Assembly: GCA_943704425.1 (NCBI GenBank)
Contig: CALSCP010000141.1
Span: 1-64,000, forward strand
Reading direction: 5' to 3'
DNA: 64,000 nucleotides
DNA from: Ministeria vibrans ATCC 50519
Lineage: Eukaryota; Protista; Filasterea
Part shown: in pieces, positions 12,001 through 25,194 of the stretch
Layout: each line of letters opens with the position of its first letter
How positions within the stretch are numbered: position 1 is the first letter of the stretch
The notes under the pieces: model-generated
What the model was told of the DNA's origin: nothing
Databases searched by the model: none
Seen by the model: only the letters and a program-made list of their open reading frames with translations
Translations under genes and position numbers: made by a program

Positions 12001-14423
12001 CTACCGTGGCTGGAGAGTGCGCCGTGAGTACTGGAAGGTTTGCTAACAGTTCATTTCTGAAAGCACGCTCACTCAACTCTGTTTTTTTTTTTTTTTTTTT
12101 TTTTTTTCACCAGATGAGACGTGCGGCAAGAACGATCCAAGTGGCTTGGAAAGTGCGTCGCTACCTCCCTATCTACGAGCCTATGCGAGTGCTCTACCAC
12201 GTAAGCACAGCGTCGTTGAGAGTACATCTCTTCCTGCCTCACTACTGAACATCCACTCCCTCTGTGTAGGCGTACCTTGCATTCACCAAGCTTGGCAAGC
12301 TGAAAGAGGCTTACATGGAGCCTAACGAGTGGACCAAGCCCAACGAGGCCGAGTTTATCACGCAAAATGCAGTACCGCGAGTGGCCGCCTACACCATCCA
12401 ATGGTATTTCGTCGCCATGCGTGCCCCGTGCTCACCCGCACCACACTGACTTGGTTTTTGTAGGGCGTGGCGTAGGTACAAGATGCGTCTGATGGTGAAG
12501 CACATGCTTATGCACATGCGCAGCACCCGTCGGCTTGGATGGGTCAAAGGCAACAAGACAGGTATCTCATTTAAGCAATTCCTTGTTAGCATTAAAATTT
12601 CTGATTGTGATTGTGTTTGTGTCTTAGAAATGGAGTCGTGGCCCGACGCGTGCGGTCCGCGAGGGCAAACCTTTTTGACGCTGATGCAAACGCGATTTGC
12701 GCTTTGGAGCGCACGTGAGTATCGTCGCGCGTGCACTGTGCAGCAACAGGCTATGCTGATCCTCAAGGCACAGTGCAGGTACGCACTCAGAAAGTGCATT
12801 GAACATTTATTAACGCACTTCTTTTTTCAGCGATCTCTTTCTTGGGAATAAGGCCAATTACTACCGATCTATCAACAAAGTGTTCCGACCCAACTCGTTC
12901 AACATCAAAGAAGAGAAAAACTATCGCAAATGGGAGAAACTTTTTCCGGTAGGTGGATACGAAAAGGTCCACTTTGCGAACATAGTCGTCAAAATCAAAC
13001 GGTAAACACACGTCTCACTCTCTCGATGTCACTTTGTTTCTCGTTTCTTCTATATCCTTTTGTCTCTCTCTCTATCTATCTATCACTTTGTTTCTCCTTC
13101 TCTCTCTCTCTCTCTCTATCACTTTGTTTCTCCCTCCTTTCTCTCTCTCTCTCTATCACTTTGTTTCTCCCTCCTTTCTCTCTCTCTCTATCACTTTGTT
13201 TCTCCTTCCTTTCTCTCTCTATCACTTTGTTTCTCCCTCCTTTCTCTCTCTATCACTTTGTTTCTCCCTCCTTTCGCTCTCTATCACTTTGTTTCTCCCT
13301 CCTTTCTCTCTACTCTCAAACTTTCCGTCTTTTAGGTCCGACTTTAAGCGCCACAGTCGCATCCTCACAATGACCAACAAGCACTGTATGTCACCATGCT
13401 GATTTTTTCCCTTGCCTTCACTACTTCCTCACTATTTCCTCCTCTCGTTAGTGTACATTCTCGATCCGTCATTCAAAGTCAAAGCAACGATTCCCTTTGA
13501 CGCCGTTAGCGAAGTCAGTGTCAGTCCTTATCAAGTACGATATTCATTAATGAAGTGAGTGTGCAACTGATTCTATTTCATTGTAATTCTCAGGATAATG
13601 TGTTTGTGCTGCATTTGGACATGAAAGAAATGCACGGCAACCAGGAGCGCAAAGGCGATTTTATGTTCATGTCCGACGTACGCACACATGCACAATAGTT
13701 TTATTATATAAATTACTCGTTGTCTCACGGTGTTTTTTGGTGATAGGAACTCTGTGAGATTATTACCAAATTAAGCATGCAATATAAGTTTGCAACGCGC
13801 TTCCAGCTCAAAATCAACTTCTCGAAAGTCATCTCAGTACGGCTGAAGCCCCCCAACTTTAAACGGATCCGCTTCAGTCTCAGCCGTACTACTCACGTAC
13901 GCACTCATACACAACAAAGGAAACAATTATTAGTACTAATTATTAATATTTTTGGTATTACTCTTTTTGCTACGTGTGTGTGTGTGTGTGTGCAGGTGAG
14001 CTCGTTTATCAACAAAGCAGGCGACATGGAAATGGTCTGTCCTGACACGGCCGAACACATCCTGGCTGCTGACCGTGACACGCTTCGCCGCACCCGCTCC
14101 AACGTAGGACACGACGTTTCACCCCTCGTATCCGTTTTTTTTTTTGCTCACTTTTTGATGTTCCTGTTGTTTAGGAGGCAGTCATTACCAACGGGGCGTT
14201 TGCGCGCAAAGTACCGATGGAGCGCTACGACTCGGTGGTTGGCGATATTGCGGATCTCATGAACGAACAGCAGTACGCTCGTTTTATGGAGGTACACGAA
14301 CGAAAGGACCAGGAGTGACGAATATCTTTTTTTTTTCACCTTCTCTTTTTTCTCTGATTTTAGACTGGAACCCTTCCGCGAAACTTTGAATTCAAGACTA
14401 CCGAAGATGCACTTCTCGAATAG
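9021..14423 (+). CDS. Short-tailed class I myosin (motor, IQ motifs, TH1 tail), about 20 exons
   Basis: [58 protein letters not shown]; IQ motifs; TH1-like [36 protein letters not shown]; TAG at 14421-14423. Confidence 0.92.
10350..10512. repeat. (AAT/AAC)n microsatellite in myosin I intron
   Basis: Trinucleotide run between a GT donor (~10329) and an AG acceptor (~10569). Confidence 0.9.
13020..13312 (+). repeat. Intronic minisatellite, core CTCTATCACTTTGTTTCTC
   Basis: About 8 tandem copies; the same core recurs in other introns. Confidence 0.9.
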
Positions 14424-14494
14424 TACACACATACGAAGATGAATTAGAACAAAAAAAAACAAACAAAATAAGTAACAAAACAAAAAATTCAAAG

Positions 14495-15833
14495 TTAGAC
14501 TGCAATGTAAAGAGAAAAGGTTGTTGGAGTGGCGGTTATGACGGCGAGTAAACCGAGAGAGGAGGTAAGGGCAGTGACGTCGGATAGGGGCGCAGGGAAG
14601 GCCGAGCGGAGAACAAAGGCTTCGACGCCTTGCCATAGGTAGAGGGGTGACGCGGAAGAAGCGGCGACAAGAAGGAATTGAGCGGTGGGAGAGGCAGGAA
14701 GAGCGAGCACACGCGAGGCGGACGTGAGTGTCGTGACGGCACTGCCAACCGTGTTGATGCGGTTACTGCTCCGATCAAAATGGTACGCTTGTGAGGCAAC
14801 GTCATTGCTGCTTGAGGGCGCAGGGCTCGTCCAAAGGTACAGTTGGTCGTCGGCATAGACAAAGTCAATGTGCATCGGTGCATTGGTGGCGCCCTGCTCG
14901 CCCGCGTTCACCAGGGTCGTCAGAGCGCGCTGGGCGAGCACGCTTGCGGCATCCGTCACCTCCAGCACTGTCAGCGATTTGCCCGAGACCACCGCAATAA
15001 ATTGCTGGCCACCACTGGTGGGCGGTGCAACAACCACACGAGCGCCCACAGGCGCGGAAATGGTGCTTGCGGTTGGCGTCAGATTTGTCGAGGAGACGCT
15101 AAGAATGGTGAGGGACTCGCTATAGGACGCCTCGCAGGTGTTCGAGCGTGTTGACGACACTACCAAGTACGTGTTTGCTCCTGAGGGAGTGTGAAACGAC
15201 GTTACGTCGGTGGCGCCTGCAACAACACGTGTCACAACCGACGTGAGCGTCTTGGGTGTGGTGTTCCACTTCCACAGCGTCACAATGTTGCCTTGGCACG
15301 CAGACACACTGCCTGTTGTCGCCACGTAAGTGGCGGTGCCACTTGTAAACACATGCAAGCTGGTAATATTCCCGTGGACACCGGCCTCGTGTGTGAGTGT
15401 CGACACAACCACAGGCGAAGCGGAACCGTCCAGCTTGGCCTTCACCACCGAGTGTCTGCTGGGCTTGCTGGCGAGCTGCTCAACCACCACGAAGTACACG
15501 TCGCGCGACGACGTTGACGTGCCCGCGGTGCCCGTTTCGGCCGTGCTCTCAAGCGCACCCACAAGAACGCTGGCGCTGCTGTCCATGCTGAGCGAGGCGC
15601 GCGTCGCTGTCCACACTTGGCCAAATCCTTTGGTCACTTTCGCCGGCGTCGCCTGCATCGCTTGCGTCACCAACTTGGGCAACTGTACGCTGGCAAGGTC
15701 GTCCATGTCATTCACGAGTTTCGCGACCTGTGCCGCGGTGACTGCTTTGTCTGTGCCGTCAAACGAGACAGTGCCTGTAAGAAGAAAAAAAAAGAATGGC
15801 AGAAGTAAAAGAGCGAAGATCAAAAGAGTTATA

Positions 15834-15866
<33 letters not shown>

Positions 15867-16412
15867 CGAACATTATTTTTGGCTGACAGTGATTGGCATG
15901 GGGCTCATGATCAGCATCCGACGTTGAGGGCGAGGGTGGCATGCCATAAGTAGTGCTTCAGGAGCTGTTTATAAAAACGAGAAAACTGAAACCGCAGAGA
16001 CGCATCCCAAATCGGGAACATGAAACCACGACTGTTCGCCGTTCGCGATGCAGCGGAACGCGCTTCGCATTCCCCCCACAGAGGGTGAGCAAAAGAAGAG
16101 GGAGTGGGGGTTGGGAGGTAGAGGGGGGAAAGGAAGACAGCGTTCGGAGGGTGCAGGAGGGGGAAGGTGGAAGATAAACACCACAGCTCACGCGCCACTC
16201 AGCATCAAACTCCATCGACCAGGTGCATTTTCACCGTCGTATTATAAGGAAACCATGGTGTTACCATCCACAAACAGGTCGGACGGCACTTTGGTCTTGG
16301 CGTCGGGCGACTCAACCACCAGAGCCCCATTGCGAGGCACAATGCCCGAGTTGAGGCGCGCACTCTGCACCAGCGAGATGCTGGCCATGGCAATGAGGAG
16401 TGGCACGCGCAT
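14495..16412 (-). CDS. Secreted beta-propeller protein with EPTP/EAR-like repeats (probably 2 exons, joined across intron ~16259-15777)
   Basis: Signal peptide MRVPLLIAMASISLVQS; phase-1 splice gives DLFVDGTVSFDG; repeats such as TLWKWN...GATDVTSF...YLVVSS and LYLWQGVEAF. Confidence 0.6.
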
Positions 16413-16535
16413 TGTGTACGATAATGATCAAAAAAATATAATTTTTTCTCAAAAAGGAGATGAGTTCGTAGTTATGAACAAATGAAAAGGTTCTATTTTA
16501 CTGATCTCGTTTGACTGACAAATGCACGCAACCCT

Positions 16536-17922
16536 TCAGATAAAGCGTGTCCCTTCAGAGGTCGGCTCAACAACTCTGTGCACATTGGTCTTCTCCTTGG
16601 GTGCCACAAACGCATCCTTGCGTTCGCGCAGCACTCGCATCGTCTCTGCATCGCTTGTGTCCGCCGACACCCCACAGTAGGCGCGCACAGCACTCTCACG
16701 CAACCGCATAAACGGATTGATCTGCTTTTCCAGCCCAATTGCCGAAGGAATTGAGGGACTCGAGAGGTCCAGCTGCTGCTTCACCAGGTCAATCGTCGTC
16801 TTGACCGACTCATTGTCCGGCTCGACCTCAGCGGCAAAGCGCAAATTCGATAGTGTATACTACCGCCCACAAACCAAAAGAGTGTCAGCCAAGCGGCGAT
16901 CGATGTAGTAGTGACTCTCACCTCGTGACCTGGATACACGGCTGTGGTGTCGGGCAGGGACGCGAGCGTCTCGTTTAGCGACTTGTTCATTTGCTCGCCA
17001 GTCCCTTCAAAGAATCGCCCACAGCCCCCCATAAACATTGTATCGCCCGTAAAGACGGCGCTCATGGCGAGTTCTTTGGTGCCGGGAATGTGATAGCAAA
17101 TGTCGCTCGTAGTATGACCGGGTGTTGACAGTGCCTCAATCTCAAGAGAGCCCAGCTAAAGAATAATCATTTTATACGAGCAACGCATCGTGCCCAACGC
17201 AAATACACGACACACAGACACGTGCACCCGACCACCCGCCCACCCACCCACACAGACACACACTCAGCACACTCAGCACACCAAGCACACGCACCAACAC
17301 ATCACACACTCTCTCTCTCACTCACACACACTCACCACTCACCACTCACCACTCACCACTCACCACTCACCACTCACTCACTACTCACTCACCACTCACT
17401 CACCACCCGCTCACTCACTCAAGCCCGCACACAGACGGACCATTCACCCTCATCCATCCAATCCATTTCTCACCATGAATCTGTCGCCGTGCTTCAAAGG
17501 ATGATTCAAGCCTGGAATGCGAGAATCGCCACCGTACACCTTCAGCGTGGGATTCTTCATGCGGCTGATGAAGACCTCGTTGACGCCGCAATGGTCATTG
17601 TGGCAGTGTGTCGAGAGGATCGCCTTGACGTTGAAGCCCTTCTCAGCGACGATGCCCAGCACCTACAACGGAGTCAAGACACCGCACAACACACGCCCAC
17701 CCCTCCCCCTCCTCTCCTACCTCTGTGGCGTCGTGGGCATCAACCAGCGCCGCATCGTACGTCGCCGTATCCACAAGAATGTACGAGTAGTTGTCTGTGA
17801 TCATTCTCGTGTCATTCCCTCTCGGTCCATCACGTCACGCAAATACCTCTCAAGACACCCACTACATAGACGGAGAACCGCCGCATCACGGCTTCCGAGG
17901 CTGTTGTTGCAATCTTCAACAT
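16536..17922 (-). CDS. HAGH: Hydroxyacylglutathione hydrolase (glyoxalase II), multi-exon
   Basis: DNYSYILVD, THCHNDH, TPGHT, FTGDTMFMGGCGRFFEG, VYPGHEY, EKQINPFMR. Confidence 0.93.
17220..17420. repeat. CA-rich / (CACTCAC)n low-complexity tract in intron
   Basis: Tandem CACTCAC units. Confidence 0.8.
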
Positions 17923-18187
17923 GTCGAAAACGAATAAAAAAAGTGAACTCATCACTATTCACTAATCGTACTTCTTTTGCTTTTTCTTTTTGTCAATAAT
18001 GCGATTGTGAATCGAGAGTTAGTTAGTCCATTATAAAATATGAGTTGTCACAGGAAGAGGGAAGTCAATAGTCAGCTCACTCAACAAGAGGATACACAAA
18101 CACTCAATACCGATGAAAAACGGAAACACAATAAGTTCATGGAATCTATTATATTAATACTCATATGTCCCTCTCCTCTCCACATTG

Positions 18188-18487
18188 TTACAAAGACGAG
18201 CCAAGCGCATCGCCCGTTGGGCTCGTCGTCGTCGTGCGCATCATCGACTTTGGCCGTTTCTGCGAGCGACGACTCGACAAACTCCCCGCCTGTGGACCCT
18301 ACCAAAACAACACGATCAGAATCAAATCTTAGACGTCCTCTCTCCTCAACCATACTTCAAGGTTCCGACTGAGTTCCATGAGCAAGTCTTCATCGTCAAT
18401 GGCCACCACCATTGAGTGGTACTGTACAAGCCCTTTGCGCATTCGTTCCCGGCGCCAAATCCCTTTCAGCGTCCGGTCCTCACCACT

Positions 18488-18528
<41 letters not shown>

Positions 18529-21500
18529 AAGTTGAGACTTGCGAAAACAAAGTTACACCTTCGCTCTACCTCTTGTCAATCAAATGGCTCTCTTGAAAAA
18601 GAGTCATCTGGTGTGCCCGCACATCGCTCACCAGTCGCGTCAGCATCCGCAGCAGATCCACATTCACCAGCCCATCCTTACGCACTTTGTTCCCCTACGC
18701 CAACACACACACACATATATATCAGAGCCAATACGCTCATTCATATATCACATATCATCACAAAAGAGAGAGAGGGAGAGAGAAACAAAAATGAATAATA
18801 TGAATTGACATTCGACATCACATTCACTGTACTATTCTTCTCTCTTCTCTTTTCTCTTCCNNNNNNNNGGGGAGGGGGGGGATAAAGTGATGAAGAGAGA
18901 GAAACAAGAGGAGAGGAAAAAAAAAATGAATGGTGTACCTCTTTGAGAAAGTAGAGGTCTTTGAGGACGAGCGGAAAGAAGGGTACAAGGGGTCCTGTGG
19001 CAGCACGCACAGCCGCCCGGTACACACCCATGTTGCGCGACGGATTCATCAGCTGCTCCAGCACCTCCAGTGGACGCGTGTACTTGGGCGTGATGCGCTC
19101 CCACGTTTCCTTCAGCCGTCGCACCGCAGTCGACGACAGTCCGCTAAGCACTGCAAACAGAGAAAGGTAGTCTCCCAAGTCGCTCAGTCGTTTCGCCAGC
19201 TTGACAAACAGTCGGATGAGCTCACAGCGCTTCGAACGACTTTGTTCCGTTACAATCTCAGTCACCACCCAGCGTGTCAGATGATTGAATCGCTCCGCAA
19301 ACGCATCCAAGTGCTGTGTTTGCCGCTTCAGACGCGCTCTGCCTCGCTCCTTCTGCCGCTCCTTCTCCTGCCCTGTGTCTTCGCCGTCCTTCTCTTCCTC
19401 CTCATCGCTCCCTTCGCTGTCCTCGTCGTCGCTGTCCGTCTTGAGTGCACAATCAAACAGCTTGCAGACAAACTCACGCGGACGAATCGTCGCCAACTGG
19501 GCATGTCCACTGCGCACCAGATGCCGCGCAATCTCACGGTAGTCAAAGGACAGCAAAGAGGGAAGTGGGTCGTGATGAGGCAGCTCCTGTGACATGGCAC
19601 GCGCCATCAGCGACGACGCGCTGCTCGAAAAAAAGGGCGTGGGCACCGGCAACTTCTCAAAGCCCGGTTTGCGACGCAAGTAGTAACGGGCATTCAGTGG
19701 CAACGACTGTGCCAGCGACGACGCAAGCAGTTCATCGACTACGTCCACTTGCCCCGAATAGTGCACCATCACTAGCTCGTGGTCGTGCGTCTGCTCTTCC
19801 GTCAGTCCTTGTCGCTCGAGCACTGCCGCCACAAGCACGGGGGCCACACAGCGCGGCCACAGCGGGATAAAGTGGCTCGTCAGGTCTGGATTGTACACCC
19901 GCACCACGTCAATACCCGACTCTTCGTCCGACGCAGTTGTCACCGGTGTTCGTCTCGCTTCGCCCCCTCCCACCTTGAGCACCACTTCTTCCACATCGGT
20001 CGAGTCGGGGGTAACCACGCGCTTAATCTCTGAGAAGCTCGTGCGCTCCGCGCCCTTGAGTTCCGGTCGCGGTGACGGTCGCGGACTACCAACGCTGCCA
20101 CCACCACCACCCGAATTCACACTGTCGCTCTTGGTCTCGCCCGCCACGTCAATATCGTCATCAAGTACACGGTGTGCCTGGTCGCCACTGTGCTGCACCA
20201 GTTTGAGCTGCGAGGCGCGAAAGATGAGCGAGCGCGACAAACTGCCGCGACGCATCAGACCACCGCCGGTGCGCATCGAATCACCACCACCCTTGTCCGT
20301 CGCTCCACTCAACAAACGCGGACGGGCACGGCTCAGCAAAGGCGATACGAATGTGGCCACGGCCGGGCGTGGCGCTAAAGAAGATGTTGTTGTAGTGGTG
20401 GGCGACGACGCAAGCGCCCCCGTCTCGTCCATCACATCATCTTCGGAGTTCACCGACGAGACACTGTGTCGCTTGCGCGCATGTCGCATGGCATCAGCGC
20501 CTCCGCGGTCGCGGCCAATAGGAATGCCAGCCGATGGCGTCCCCCGAGAAGATGGTGACGGTGAAGTTGCGCGAACATTCTCACGTGGAGCGTCGCGGCT
20601 CTCGAGATTGGGAGACTTGATGAGGTGCGACGACGACGACAGCGTCGACTGGTTCGATGGTGTACGAAGCGCCACTGTGTGTTTGGCTGCTAGGAGTGGC
20701 GAAGACGCCGGCGGGTCGGGGGTGGGTGGAGGTGTGACCGAGCGACGTCGACGGCGAAGAAACTTGGGCAAACTCCACTTGGACGACTTGTGGGGTGACG
20801 ACTCTTTCTCGTGCGGTGAGCGCTCGAGCTGTGCCGCAAACGTGACCACTGCCGTCTTTTCGGGCTCGGCGCTCACCAGATGCTCGCGCGGAATCTCGAT
20901 CGTATCCAAAGGCGGTGACGAAGGCTGCAAAGGACTCGGAGACTGTCTCGCATGATGCTGATCACTGCCGTCGCTGTAGCGTCGCACGACGCCTTGTCGC
21001 TGCGACCCAGGCGAGTTTCCTCGAGGCAACAACGAGGCATCAACGCCTTGCGGACTGATGCTGCCGCCGCCAGCATACAGCGACGGTGATGACGACGCCT
21101 GTGCCGTGCCCTGACGTCGCAACCGTTCAACGACGGCAGCGCGCTCACTCTCGCTCAGCGCAGGTTCGACACCAAAAAGCGACATCATGGCCGCCGAGGT
21201 GGGCATCGCACCGAGACGAACGGGCGTAGCACTCACGACACGCAACTGCGCACGCAGCTCCGCCACGTCGATCACGTCGACAGGCGTCAGTTCGGACACT
21301 CGATCAACGACACGAGCGAATCGCTCGGCGACTCCGGGGGCGACAAAGTCCTCGGGATATTCCCACAGCCACTTTTTCAGCAGCGATACCACCTTGGTGA
21401 GGTTTTCGGGCACGTGTTCGTAGAGCGCGTCGGCAAAATCGCACGACTCGGTGTGCATGGGAAGTGTCAAAAGGAAGAGATTTGCAAACTGTCCGTCGGC

Positions 21501-24500
21501 ACTCGTGTCGTGAAAGAGCTCGTACACGAGACGTGCGGGTGTCGCCGAGCGCAACAAAAGCTCGGGCTCGGATGCGGGCGATCGGGTCGACGACGCAACA
21601 CTATTCAAGCTACTGCTACTCGTCGTTGTCGTTGTTGTCACCGTCGTCTTCGGAGACGGTGGTGTTGACGGGGTGCTTTCGGGTGGCGTGCGCACCGCCA
21701 CCTTCTCGTAAATGGCCACGACATGGCCATTCTCTTCGACTTGATGTGTCACGAGTGCACTCTCACGCGCGTGCATCACAACGTCACGTGGGACGCTCGC
21801 ACAGAGCGTTGTTGTGTCACGGCACACCGCCGAGTAGGCTGCCCATTGGCCCTTCACCAGCGCACCCGCCCCAAACGCCTGTCCGTCCGCCAGCGTGTCG
21901 ATCACCTCGCCAGCAAACATGAGATCCACCTTGCCCATCAGCACCACATACCAATCGGCGGTGGCGCAGGTGCTCTCACTGAAGATTTCGGTGCCCTCAA
22001 TATGGTACCACTGGGCCACCATGTCGGCACACACGCGTCGACACACGGACTTGTGCTCGCTCTCAAACGCCGACAGTTGGATCAGCGTCGACACGAGTGT
22101 GCTGACGTCATCTTGCGAGCGTTCTCCAGGCGCCTGCGACAGAATCTGCAAAATGGCATCTTCGCTGTTGTCGACATCGCACAGGTCGTAAAAAAGCGCC
22201 GATGCTTCGTCTTCAACGTCATCCGACAAATGCGACGACGAGGCGTCGGAGAAACCGCGCGTGCGCAGCAGCGCTGAGCTGGTGCCAAACGACGGGCGCG
22301 GCACGGCCAAGCCTTGTTGCTGCAGGCGATGTTCGCGGTGGCGCTGCATGGGCGACGGTGAGGGAGCCAACAGGGCGGACATGGGCGGCGAAGAGGGACT
22401 CGCCGTGGCCATGCCGCTTCCGTTACGTTGGTGTGACGACAGACGGGAGGAGAAAGAAAGCTCGGAGTTTTGGCGACGGGCGCGTGGCGGTGTGACCAGT
22501 ATGGCGGCAACGGGCGCCGAGCGCACAGTCTGCTTGTCGTGCGCAACGCCACTGCTGCTGCGTCGCCTGACGGTTGGCGAAAAGATGGCAGAGAGGGCGG
22601 TGATACTGTCGTCGGGAGAGGCGCCGTCGCCTTGTGCAACACTCTGCCGAGACGACGAGGCTGCCGTGACGACCATGGCGGGCACAAACTTGGCGGGAAT
22701 GCGGATATATGTACAGGGTTCTTCGACGACGAGGGTCGTGGCGCGCACCAGTGCTGCGCCCGCAGGACTCTCCAGACTCGCTCGCGCATCGGCGACACCA
22801 CAGCGGTTTCCCGCACAACGTAGACGCACACCTGCCGTAGCGTGCATCTCCCACATGCTGCCACTAAGCACAATGGCAAACCAGTCGACGGATGGCTGGT
22901 TCTCCTGGGCGACAATGTGTCCTTGTTCAGGTGCATCGACAAACTCAAGGGAGCGACAAAACTCTTCAATGTTGTCACTCGCCACGTCGCACTTGAAGAA
23001 AAGGTCCAGACGTCGAAGAGTATTCTCAATGATGACCAGGTCGCCGGCAGTGCGCTCCGGACCGACATGACGCAGTGCAGCGTAGAACTCGTCGGAGGCG
23101 ACAAACTCCTGTTCGAACGTCGACAACTCCTTCTCCGTCATACTGTTGCGATGGTCAACCAAGTGCGTCTTGCCGTGCAGCAAAAGCAGTGAGGGTGACG
23201 ACGTCTGCTGCTGATGCATCTTGCCCATGGCCGACGAGAGAGACTTGCGCAAACGCGGTGATGGGCCAAGGGCCAAGTTGGACGGTCCATCGACACGCAC
23301 GGTGTCACTTTGGTCTGTCGCGCTGTCGTGATCAACGTCGTCCTCGCAGTTCACCAATTGGATGCCGTGACGCGACATGAGGTGTTGCGAAAGAGGGGCA
23401 ATAATAGGAGTCGGGGCGAGGGTGGCGTCTTCGCCAATGGAGTCGAGTGAGAGGGCGTCGCATGAGGCGCGTTTGGTGTGGCGCGAACGAGGCGACGAAA
23501 GACTCACGGGGGTGGCGCTGCCACTCGAATCGTTGTCAAGCGGGACAAACGGCTCCAATTGGGGTGAGTCGGTGCCTTGGCGCTCCTCATCAAGTGCGTC
23601 CAGCTGCTGTGCCTCCTGGGCAATATCAAGCAGAGAGCGCTTGGAGGACCGATGTTCGCCAACGCCAGTCTGTCGTTGTTGTTGTTGTTGTTGTTGTTGT
23701 TGTTGCGACGCGGCCGTCAACAAGCTATCGTGTGAATGCCACTTATTACGTGTAAGGGTGGAAGGGGACAACGAAGAGCGAGCGCCGTTGGGAGAGGTCG
23801 TGAACAGAGAGGAGGTGGAGTGGTAGACATTTCCGTGGTGAGTGTTCGTGTTCGACTCGGTCTCGGCAACCGCTGCTGCCGAGCGGGCAGTCAACAATAG
23901 ACCGAGTCCGTCAATTTCGCGGTTGTCGTTGTTGTGGTCGTTGTTGTGGTCGTTGTGTTCAAGCGCGTGAAAGGTACGCATGGTCGCTTTCAGAGGCGAC
24001 CGTTGATGCTGACTGGTCGCCGACGAGTCGACTGCTTCGGCGCTACTTGCTGACACCATGTTGGCATTGGAGTGTGCTGCTCCGCCCTCAGTCGACTGAA
24101 CGTTGGGCAGTTGCGCCGTCCGTGCGGCGCCGGCTGTCTCGGTTGTGCCGGAGCGGTGCGAGGCGCGAGGTACTGCTGGCGGCTCCAAATTTGAACTTGG
24201 TGGCGGTAGAACAAAGTTGGGGACCGCTGTAGCGGACGGCGCCGCGGAAGATCGAACGGAAGTGGACTGAGCAACTACGGGCGAGGTTGGCAAGGCGGGG
24301 GGGTGCGTGGTGGTGGGAGAAGCAGCAGTTTTTGCAGTCGATGGCGATCGAGCAGAAGTTTTAAAAGACGGCGGCGAGTGCGCGTTGTCGCCCCTCAACG
24401 ACACGGGCGAGTGCGCCAGTAAGGGCTCTGGAGACATGCCAACGAGTGCGGCGTAGTGCTCTTCGGTTTTGATGAATCCGGTTTTGTCCGACAAGTCAAG

Positions 24501-24791
24501 CGATGAGGTCCTCTCCATCATTACTTCGCTTTGGAGAGCCTCCGCGAGGTGGTCCAGCGGATTGAAGGCCTTGCGTACCACTGCTGGTCGTGACTGGGCA
24601 ATGTGCACAGGCGTGGGTGGGCCACCAACGGCTGGATAAGCGTTGCGTGTTGCATGACTCAAGTCGCTTTCGCCGAGTTTCTCGATCGATGATCGCCCGC
24701 CTGCCGGCCCCTCGCGCGACAACTCTACGGTGGGTGCCACCTGCGACGATGGGCGCGCCGTCGGCGTTGTGTGCTCGTCTATTCTTGACAT
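18188..24791 (-). CDS. Rap guanine-nucleotide exchange factor (two cNMP-like domains, REM, RA, CDC25-type GEF), RAPGEF2/6-like
   Basis: WFAIVLSGSM and WYVVLMGKV..FGAG cNMP-like domains; LRSATPARLV..FLLT..LLKKWLWEYPEDF (REM); VVRVYNPDLTS..LNARYYLRR (RA); RFNHLTRWVVTEI..PFFPLVLKDLYFLKEGN (GEF); three small 3' exons end at TAA 18188-18190. Confidence 0.88.
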
Positions 24792-25194
24792 GATCGCCGC
24801 CCCCCCTCAGACCACTCTCACAGCGATCCAACAGCGCTGTTGGGACCCAAGTAAAAGAGGAAAGGCGTTTCAAGGCTTGCGACCAGCGTGCACACCAGAA
24901 AAAAAAAAAGAAAAAAAAAAGAGCTGAACTCCCAAAGAATGCGCGCGCCACAATGACACGGATTCAGGGGACTGTGCGCACTGCGCCACCCCTGGCGAAG
25001 TATCAACCATCCTGGTGTATGGGTACGACTGACGACTGACGACTTGCGTCCCTCGTCTCTCCACCATCGTTTGTGTCTTTTCTGATCGCCATTCGTTATC
25101 TGAAACTTTTTACTCTTGCCACTTTTTTCTTATCTTTTTTGAGTTTTGCCCCAAAAAAAGAAAGAAGAAATAAAAAAGAGAAAAAAGAGGCGAA

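Noticed and set aside
13020-13312. Spaced direct repeats superficially like a CRISPR array (also 53248-53530)
   Set aside because: Spacers are low-complexity CT tracts, the context is a eukaryotic intron, and there are no cas genes
15870-16250. GC-richer interior of a long intron as a possible snoRNA, riboswitch or extra exon
   Set aside because: No convincing C/D, H/ACA or TPP motifs seen, and candidate exon frames hit stops; an Rfam scan would be needed
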